A DNA stretch of 13,001 nucleotides. Origin: Bdellovibrionales bacterium. GTDB lineage: Bacteria > Bdellovibrionota > Bdellovibrionia > Bdellovibrionales > UBA1609. Position 1 is the stretch's first letter. Every line of letters begins with the position of its first letter. The position numbers and the translations under genes are program-made. The DNA lies in contig JBFWVI010000070.1 of assembly GCA_050246815.1 (NCBI GenBank), positions 1 through 13,001 on the forward strand, read 5' to 3'. A model generated the notes under the pieces. That model was not told where the DNA came from. It saw only the letters and a program-made list of their open reading frames with translations, and searched no databases. This document shows positions 1 to 6,099 of the stretch, one piece after another.

Positions 1-67
1 TTCGAATTTTGTGTGACTTTTTCGTCTCTTGACGCATTAAGTAATCGGCGTCAGTGCGGGCCATGAA

Positions 68-96
68 TTGACAAAAATCAACCTGGTTGAGAGCTT
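68..96 (+). promoter_or_regulatory. Putative sigma-70 promoter of fadI-fadJ
   Basis: Perfect -35 TTGACA at 68-73, 17-nt spacer, then a weak -10 GAGCTT (91-96) preceded by TG at 88-89 (extended -10 position). RBS AAGGAG at 118-123 lies 6 nt before ATG 130. Confidence 0.5.
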
Positions 97-108
97 TGTT
101 CAAAGCTC
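78..108. promoter_or_regulatory. Two abutting palindromes over the fadI promoter; putative operator(s)
   Basis: TCAACC-T-GGTTGA (78-90) and GAGCTTTG-TT-CAAAGCTC (91-108) are both perfect inverted repeats. They cover the predicted spacer, -10 and +1. The operator role is inferred. Confidence 0.5.
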
Positions 109-129
109 ACCACTTCCAAGGAGTTCATC

Positions 130-1479
130 ATGGCAGACGATCGCGACGTGGTCATAGTCGATGGGGTGCGAACACCCTTTGCCAAAGCCGGTTCGAAACT
201 AAAAGATATTCATCCTGTGGAGCTGGGACGGGTGGCTTTAAAGGAGCTTTTTAACCGCACCAATCTCGATGTGAATCAGATCGACGAAGTCATCATCGGT
301 AACGTCGGCAATCCTTCGGATGCGGTCAACATTTCGCGGGTGGTGGCGCTGCGAGCAGGAGTGCCGCAGCAGGTTTCGGCTCATTCGGTTCACCGCAACT
401 GTGCCTCGGCCATGGAGTCAATCACGTCTGGCTTTGACAAAATCAAAGCCGGGTCGGCTGAAGTGGTGGTGGCCGGCGGCACCGAGAGTATGTCGACCTA
501 TCCACTGATGATGGGCGATGCATTTGTCAAAAAATTCGAGCGTTTGGGTTTGGCTCGCTCGCTGCCACAACAATTGGGCGCGATCGGTGGATTGCTTAGG
601 GCGGATTTGAAGCAAGTCGTGGATTTGATGACGACCGGACCGATGCAAAGCACCCCGCACAAACCGCGAATTGCCGTGGTGGAGGGGCTGACCGATCCGT
701 TTGCCGGCATCAACATGGGTCAAACAGCCGAAATCTTAGCCAAAGAATTTGAGATCACTCGCCGTCAACAAGATGAGTTCGCCTTGCGCTCACATCAACT
801 GGCTGTGGCCGCGCAGCAGTCGAAGCGCTTCGATCTTGAAACCACGCCGGTTTTTTTGCCACCCAAGTTCAAGGAGTTTGTGGCGCAAGACATCGGCCCA
901 CGAGCAGAGCAAAGTCTAGAGCAACTGGCCAAGCTGAAACCTTTCTTTGATCGTCAGTACGGTTCGATCACAGTGGGCAACGCTTGTCCCATCACCGATG
1001 GGGCCGCGATGGTGTTGTTGATGAGTCGAAAGCGCGCCCGCGAGCTGGGTTATAAGCCCCTGGTCAGCATCCGCTCTTATGCCTTCGCGGGGCTTGAGCC
1101 TGAGCGCATGGGACTAGGGCCAGTTTACGCCGCACCAAAGGCCTTCAAACGCGCCGGTTTGTCCATGAAAGACATGGGTTTGATTGAGATCAACGAGGCT
1201 TTTGCTGCTCAAGTGCTGGCTTGCTTGAAAGCCGCCGCCAGCACCAAGTTTGGTCAAGACAAACTGGGGTTAAGTGGGGCTTTGGGCGAAATCGATATGG
1301 CGAAATTGAACGTTAACGGTGGCGCGATTGCGCTGGGGCATCCCGTTGGCGCCACGGGCAGTCGTTTGGTGATTACTTTGATGAAAGAGATGCAAAAGCG
1401 TAATGTGCAGTTTGGCATGGCGTCTTTATGCATCGGCGGCGGCCAGGGTGGCGCAGTTGTTTTAGAGAAAGAGGCATAA
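130..1479 (+). CDS. fadI: 3-ketoacyl-CoA thiolase (acetyl-CoA C-acyltransferase), FadI-like beta subunit of the trifunctional beta-oxidation complex
   Basis: 449 aa with thiolase motifs: N-terminal RTPF, nucleophile Cys in RNCASAM, NEAFA, GHPVGATG and CIGGGQG. Good RBS. It lies directly upstream of a fadJ-like gene. Confidence 0.93.
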   Translation: MADDRDVVIVDGVRTPFAKAGSKLKDIHPVELGRVALKELFNRTNLDVNQIDEVIIGNVGNPSDAVNISRVVALRAGVPQQVSAHSVHRNCASAMESITSGFDKIKAGSAEVVVAGGTESMSTYPLMMGDAFVKKFERLGLARSLPQQLGAIGGLLRADLKQVVDLMTTGPMQSTPHKPRIAVVEGLTDPFAGINMGQTAEILAKEFEITRRQQDEFALRSHQLAVAAQQSKRFDLETTPVFLPPKFKEFVAQDIGPRAEQSLEQLAKLKPFFDRQYGSITVGNACPITDGAAMVLLMSRKRARELGYKPLVSIRSYAFAGLEPERMGLGPVYAAPKAFKRAGLSMKDMGLIEINEAFAAQVLACLKAAASTKFGQDKLGLSGALGEIDMAKLNVNGGAIALGHPVGATGSRLVITLMKEMQKRNVQFGMASLCIGGGQGGAVVLEKEA

Positions 1480-1483
1480 TCAC

Positions 1484-3634
1484 ATGAGCATCCAAGAGAG
1501 CATCCGCATTCAAGGCAAGGGCGACATAGCCTTAGTTGAATTTGACTTGATCGGTGAAAAGGTGAACAAGCTGTCAACTCCCGTTTTGACTCGTTTTCGA
1601 GAAGTTGTTCAGGAGCTGGGCAAATCAAGCTACAAAGCCGTGGTTTTGATTTCGCGTAAGCCGAAAATTTTTATCGCTGGCGCCGACATTGAAGAAATCA
1701 AAAAAATCACCGATCCGATCGAGTGCCACAAGCTTTTAGAAACAGCTCACGAAATTTTTAATACATTTGAGGATCTGCCCATGCCCACCGTCGCCGCGAT
1801 TCACGGTGCGTGCCTGGGAGGTGGTTGTGAGTTGGTGTTGTGTGCCGATTATCGTTTGGCGTCGGACGCCCGTGACACCAAAATTGGTCTGCCCGAAGTG
1901 AATTTAGGAATTTTCCCCGGCTTTGGCGGTTGTATCCGTTTGCCGCGGATGGTGGGTTTACAAGCTTCGCTCGACATCATTTTGGCCGGCAAGTCGGTGG
2001 ATGGCAAAAAAGCCGCGAAGATCGGTTTGGTCGATGAATGTGTGCCGGAACAGCAATTAGAAGAGCGCGCTATGAAACTAGCGGGCGAAATCGTTGAAGG
2101 TAAAAAGAGCAAGCGCCAACGTCGATTTCGTGCGCGCTCTGTGATGGAAAAGTTTTTGGAATCCCCCTTGGGAAAGCCTGTGGTCTTTTCACAAGCGAAG
2201 AAAACTATTTTAAGTCAAAGCAAAGGCTTTTATCCGGCTCCGCTGAAAGCGCTTGAGGTCGTGCGCCAAACTTACGGCATAAAAAATCGCGCCAAAGCCC
2301 AAGCCGTCGAAATGAAGCACTTCTGCGAGGTGGCGGTTACCGCCATCAGCAAACACTTGATTGATATTTTCTTTATGATGGAAGCCGTCAAAAAGCAGAC
2401 TGGGGTGCACGACGCCAGCGTCAAGCCTAAGACGGTCAAACACATGTCTGTTCTTGGCGCCGGAACTATGGGCGGGGGTATCGCCCAATTGGCAGCCGAC
2501 AAGGGCATCGATGTGCGCATGAAAGACATTTCAAATGAGGCTTTGGCCTTGGGTTACAAAGCGGCGGCCGACATTTGGCAAAAACAAATGCAGCGCCGCC
2601 GTCTGACCAAACACGAGTATGATCGAAAGATGGCCCATATCTCGGGCGGTTTGGATTATGCGGGTTTTGGCCAGACCGATTTAGTCGTTGAAGCCATTGT
2701 GGAAGATATGGAAATCAAAAAAAAGGTGATTGCGGAAACCGTGAAACACTGCCGGCCAGACGCTTTGATTGCGACCAACACGTCGTCGTTGTCGGTCACC
2801 GAAATGGCTAAGGCACATCCGAACCCGCAAAATTTTGTGGGTATGCACTTCTTTAATCCTGTGCACAAAATGCCTTTGGTTGAGGTGATACGCGGGCCAC
2901 AAACCAGCGATGAAGCCGTGGCCACAATTTTTGATGTGTCCAAAAAAATGGGTAAGACACCGGTTGTGGTCAAAGATGGGCCGGGCTTTTTGGTGAACAG
3001 GCTGCTGATGCCTTATATGATTGAAGCGATGTTTTTGCTTGAAGACGGCATGGACATCGCGAAGGTGGATCGTTGGTACACACACACTTTTGGCATGCCG
3101 ATGGGCCCATTTCGTTTAATGGACGAAGTCGGTTTGGATGTCTGCGTAAAAGTCGTGAAGATTTTTAAAAAATCTTTGGGCGAACGAATTGAAGTGCCGA
3201 CAGTCGCCGAAAAAATTCCGACCAGCGGCCGCCTGGGTAAGAAAAATGGCCGCGGATTTTACCTTTATGATGACAAAGGCAAAGAGCTGACAGTGGACCA
3301 AACAGTCTACAAGGATTTCGGTATCACCGTGACCAACAAACTCACCGAAAAAGAATGCCTGGAACGCGGGATTTTCACCATGGTGAATGAGGCCGCCTTG
3401 GCCCTACTGGAAGATCATATCGTCGAAAAGCCTGACGATGTGGACTTGGCGATGATCATGGGCACCGGTTTTCCGCCGTTCCGCGGAGGGCTGTTGCGCT
3501 ATGCGGACACAGTGGGCACGGATGTGGTTGCCAGCGAGCTGGAAATGTACGCCGCTCGCGGCAATAAACGCCTAACGCCCTCTAAGCCCTTGATCAATTT
3601 GGCCAAGACTAAACGTAAATTTTACGGCAGTTGA
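1484..3634 (+). CDS. fadJ: Fatty acid oxidation complex alpha subunit (enoyl-CoA hydratase plus 3-hydroxyacyl-CoA dehydrogenase), FadJ-like
   Basis: 716 aa. N-terminal crotonase domain (FIAGADI, GGGCEL, GLPEVNLGIFPGFGG), Rossmann motif GAGTMGGG, ATNTSSL, catalytic GMHFFNPVHKMPLVE, GFLVNR and the C-terminal MGTGFPPFRGG typical of FadJ/HADHA. Starts 4 nt after the fadI stop. Confidence 0.94.
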   Translation: MSIQESIRIQGKGDIALVEFDLIGEKVNKLSTPVLTRFREVVQELGKSSYKAVVLISRKPKIFIAGADIEEIKKITDPIECHKLLETAHEIFNTFEDLPMPTVAAIHGACLGGGCELVLCADYRLASDARDTKIGLPEVNLGIFPGFGGCIRLPRMVGLQASLDIILAGKSVDGKKAAKIGLVDECVPEQQLEERAMKLAGEIVEGKKSKRQRRFRARSVMEKFLESPLGKPVVFSQAKKTILSQSKGFYPAPLKALEVVRQTYGIKNRAKAQAVEMKHFCEVAVTAISKHLIDIFFMMEAVKKQTGVHDASVKPKTVKHMSVLGAGTMGGGIAQLAADKGIDVRMKDISNEALALGYKAAADIWQKQMQRRRLTKHEYDRKMAHISGGLDYAGFGQTDLVVEAIVEDMEIKKKVIAETVKHCRPDALIATNTSSLSVTEMAKAHPNPQNFVGMHFFNPVHKMPLVEVIRGPQTSDEAVATIFDVSKKMGKTPVVVKDGPGFLVNRLLMPYMIEAMFLLEDGMDIAKVDRWYTHTFGMPMGPFRLMDEVGLDVCVKVVKIFKKSLGERIEVPTVAEKIPTSGRLGKKNGRGFYLYDDKGKELTVDQTVYKDFGITVTNKLTEKECLERGIFTMVNEAALALLEDHIVEKPDDVDLAMIMGTGFPPFRGGLLRYADTVGTDVVASELEMYAARGNKRLTPSKPLINLAKTKRKFYGS

Positions 3635-4933
3635 TTAATAAAATCTGTAGTTAAGCGAGCCAAAAACTTTGAAGTCTTGATGATTCAGGCCGCTGGCTTT
3701 AGTGCTTTTACCATTATCTTTGCGTCCAGAAAAGTCTTCAGCAACCCCGACACGGCCGGCCCAATCCTTTCCTTCGCGGACTAGTGCAATTTCGATATTG
3801 CGATCGGCTTTGGTCATGGCATTTGCCGCCTGTCGGTCAGTGAAACGATATTGGCTGGTGGCACGATAAGGCCCCTTGAGCAAAGCTGAGTCTTGCGACA
3901 CGGAGGTCACCAATGAAGTTTTACCCTGGCGGTCTGCATCCAGTCGGGTGATGGCAAAAGAAAGTGTTTGATGGTGCGAAAGGTCAGTTCTTTCGGTGGA
4001 GCGGTATTGACCGAAAACCTCGCGTTGCAACTGCACCACCATGCCAGCGGCCATCGAAATCACGTAATTGTCGCTTACTTTGTGGTTGTGAGCAATCACG
4101 CAGTCAAGCCCAAGCCCCAATTGGCCAAACATGCGATCCAGCGGGATGCCGATATGAGCACCGGTTTTAAAAGTGGTGCTGGAATTTTCAGATTGCTGCA
4201 AAGTTTGAAAGCGATTCAAGTCAAAGACTACAGGCAGCACAAAAGTGGTGGGCCTGTCGATGCGCACCTTGTTGCCGTCGGTGTCTGTGGCTTCCATCAG
4301 CAGCATATTGTGGCCCAATACATTTCGGCCGTAGGGGTCTTCGTGGCCTATACTGGAATGGAAAGTTTCAATAAAACCGTCAGAAACGGGACGTAACATC
4401 AGGGTTTTACCACCATTCAGATGATAGAGCGCAAAACTCACACTCACTTCAGTTTCAGAGTCAATTGCCTTGGTGCCTTTTAAGTTCCAGGTCTGTCCCA
4501 CGCCATCGCCGCGATACTGGGTTGACTTGTCACCCTTGATAAGGCGTTGTCGATGAATCATGGTGTTGGCGGCACTCATATCCAGGCTTAGGCTGTCCTT
4601 TGGTTTGTGATTCAAGCGAAAATCGCTGGGCATACGGTACATCAAGAAAAAACCGGCGTTGCGACTGGCCGAATAGTTGGGGCCGAGCAACTCATGAACC
4701 GTATTGGCGGGTTTGTCCTCTTGCTTGATGGTCACGGTGTGAGTGGATTTTTGCATTTGCGCGACGGTGTCGGCGAAGAATTGTTCGCCTTCTGCATAAT
4801 CATTCAAAACTTCGTTTATAGCTTTAGCGCTTTTCTGAGGGCTCTTTTGCCCACAACAGTCCTGGGCCAAAGCAAGGCAGGGCGCAAGCGCATTTAAGAC
4901 CAATAGTACAATGAATGCGAGGGACATTCCCAT
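3635..4933 (-). CDS. Secreted protein, probable outer-membrane beta-barrel (DUF3187-like)
   Basis: 432-aa ORF with a Sec signal peptide (MGMSLAFIVLLVLNALAPCLALA/Q), alternating-polarity strands and an aromatic C-terminal beta-signal-like end (FKVFGSLNYRFY). The segments DGFIETFH and GVAED...DF recall DUF3187 (from memory, not searched). Confidence 0.65.
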   Translation of the reverse strand: MGMSLAFIVLLVLNALAPCLALAQDCCGQKSPQKSAKAINEVLNDYAEGEQFFADTVAQMQKSTHTVTIKQEDKPANTVHELLGPNYSASRNAGFFLMYRMPSDFRLNHKPKDSLSLDMSAANTMIHRQRLIKGDKSTQYRGDGVGQTWNLKGTKAIDSETEVSVSFALYHLNGGKTLMLRPVSDGFIETFHSSIGHEDPYGRNVLGHNMLLMEATDTDGNKVRIDRPTTFVLPVVFDLNRFQTLQQSENSSTTFKTGAHIGIPLDRMFGQLGLGLDCVIAHNHKVSDNYVISMAAGMVVQLQREVFGQYRSTERTDLSHHQTLSFAITRLDADRQGKTSLVTSVSQDSALLKGPYRATSQYRFTDRQAANAMTKADRNIEIALVREGKDWAGRVGVAEDFSGRKDNGKSTKASGLNHQDFKVFGSLNYRFY

Positions 4934-5035
4934 AAGTTCTTCTCGGAGTCATTGAAGACACAGCACATGCGGCTACGGTCTAGGTTTTTTTCACCATATT
5001 TTTTGTTTATCTGGCACTGGAATGTTGATTCACGT

Positions 5036-5101
5036 TGTCTCATTTTGAGATTTGCAGCCACAAGCACGTTTTAAACGGTTCTGGTGTCTATTTTGTTCAC
5101 A
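5036..5101. promoter_or_regulatory. Two putative upstream activator sites for a sigma-54 enhancer-binding protein
   Basis: TGTCTCATTTTGAGATT (5036-5052) contains the palindrome TCTCA-TTT-TGAGA. TGTCTATTTTGTTCACA (5085-5101) is an exact TGT-N11-ACA. Both begin TGTCT and are centred about 180 and 130 nt upstream of the predicted sigma-54 start site. Confidence 0.5.
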
Positions 5102-5197
5102 AAGTTCGCAGTCGTTGACCCAAAAACGGCAATTCGAATTCGGCGGTGTGCAAAGGCTCCTCAATTGCGAAATAAAGACATCTGGAGCATGCCAATC

Positions 5198-5213
5198 AGG
5201 CACAGGCGTTGCC
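5198..5213 (+). promoter_or_regulatory. Sigma-54 (RpoN) -24/-12 promoter of the lipoprotein gene
   Basis: AGGCACAGGCGTTGCC compared with consensus TGGCAC-N5-TTGCW. GG (5199-5200) and GC (5211-5212) are exactly 10 nt apart. Predicted +1 is about 5224, just ahead of RBS AAGAGG (5235-5240) and ATG 5249. Confidence 0.72.
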
Positions 5214-5248
5214 TTTACTGTCAAGCAAGAGAACAAGAGGTTATTTTT

Positions 5249-5941
5249 ATGAAACGTCTATCCCATGTCCTGATGATCGCTTTGGTGGCCTTGCCGCTGA
5301 TTGGTTGCGGTGACAAAGGTGATAAAAAGAGCAAAGTATCTGTGGGCCGCACCAGTCGCGGTTACAGTGAAGTGCAAACCGCAGGGATCCGCAGTCTTCC
5401 GGCTCCGGGGCAACAGTCCACAGTCAGCGGCAAGGTTTGGGGCTCTATCTATATTGATGGCTACTACGTTCGCAGCCAGCAAGAATTTAATTGGAATGTT
5501 CATGACTTTGTTGCCGCGACGATGGATCCCGCCCAGTTGGGTGACGTTAGCGGTCAATCCAACGCCAGTACCGGAATTCGTTTCTGGGGCTATGCCGGTA
5601 CTAACACCACGATCAATCCCAACGGCAGCAACAACGCGCAAATCATCGGCACTCAATCCGAACTGCGTATGGTGGTTTGGGATTCTTATGCCGGCTATTT
5701 GGACAGCCAAGGCGAATTGATCACGGAAGTTCCAGTTCACATCCGTGGCAATGCCACAGGTCAAGTCACGGGCAATAGCGCAACGATTCGTTTTCAAGAT
5801 CAATATGGCTGGATTGAACTACACGGCACTTTCAACTCGCAATACTTCCGCGGCACGATCTTCTTTGACAACACCAACGGATGGGCAAATTACTTGGGCG
5901 AATTTTCAGTGCCGACATGTGCCTTCTTTCGCTGCTATTAA
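5249..5941 (+). CDS. Uncharacterised beta-rich lipoprotein (230 aa)
   Basis: Start moved from GTG 5084 to the in-frame ATG 5249, which has RBS AAGAGG 8 nt upstream. The type II signal peptide MKRLSHVLMIALVALPLIG/C carries lipobox LIGC. It is followed by a flexible linker, a Gly/Asn/Trp/Tyr-rich domain and C-terminal CAFFRCY. Confidence 0.85.
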   Translation: MKRLSHVLMIALVALPLIGCGDKGDKKSKVSVGRTSRGYSEVQTAGIRSLPAPGQQSTVSGKVWGSIYIDGYYVRSQQEFNWNVHDFVAATMDPAQLGDVSGQSNASTGIRFWGYAGTNTTINPNGSNNAQIIGTQSELRMVVWDSYAGYLDSQGELITEVPVHIRGNATGQVTGNSATIRFQDQYGWIELHGTFNSQYFRGTIFFDNTNGWANYLGEFSVPTCAFFRCY

Positions 5942-5963
5942 GGATTTCTTTAGATTAGTCCCT

Positions 5964-6027
5964 GAACCTTCGGAGTTGACCCCCCCCCAACCCCAACCCT
6001 CCAACTCCGAGGGTTTTTTTATTTTTT
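5964..6027 (+). terminator. Rho-independent terminator with an unusually large C-rich loop; possible 3'UTR-derived sRNA
   Basis: AACCTTCGGAGTTG (5965-5978) pairs with CAACTCCGAGGGTT (6002-6015), giving 14 bp with one G-U. The loop 5979-6001 is ACCCCCCCCCAACCCCAACCCTC. The T7-A-T6 tract spans 6014-6027. Confidence 0.8.
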
Positions 6028-6063
6028 AAAGACAATTCTAAGGCGCGCCGCATTGAGCATGGG

Positions 6064-6092
6064 TTGATCAAAATCCGAATGGGTTTTAGCCT
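6064..6092 (+). promoter_or_regulatory. Putative sigma-70 promoter giving a leaderless transcript
   Basis: TTGATC (6064-6069), 17-nt spacer, TAGCCT (6087-6092; TAnnnT pattern). The in-frame ATG at 6100 follows after a 7-nt gap and has no well-spaced SD. Confidence 0.45.
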
Positions 6093-6099
6093 TGAGCTG

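Noticed and set aside
5012..5027. TGGCAC as a second sigma-54 promoter
   Set aside because: The -12 position reads TGTT instead of TTGC, so there is no GC at the required spacing.
5084..5248. 55-codon N-terminal extension of the lipoprotein (GTG 5084 start in the ORF track)
   Set aside because: It would bury the signal peptide and it overlaps the sigma-54 promoter and activator boxes. ATG 5249 has a good SD.
5030..5252. Small ORFs in the divergent intergenic region (5030-5236 minus, 5052-5252 plus)
   Set aside because: No convincing SD or protein features. The region is better explained as regulatory DNA.
5258..5803. 181-aa minus-strand ORF, and the other short ORFs nested in fadI, fadJ, hbd, crt and icmF
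   Set aside because: They lie within or largely overlap well-supported genes and show no recognisable motifs, so they are treated as shadow ORFs.
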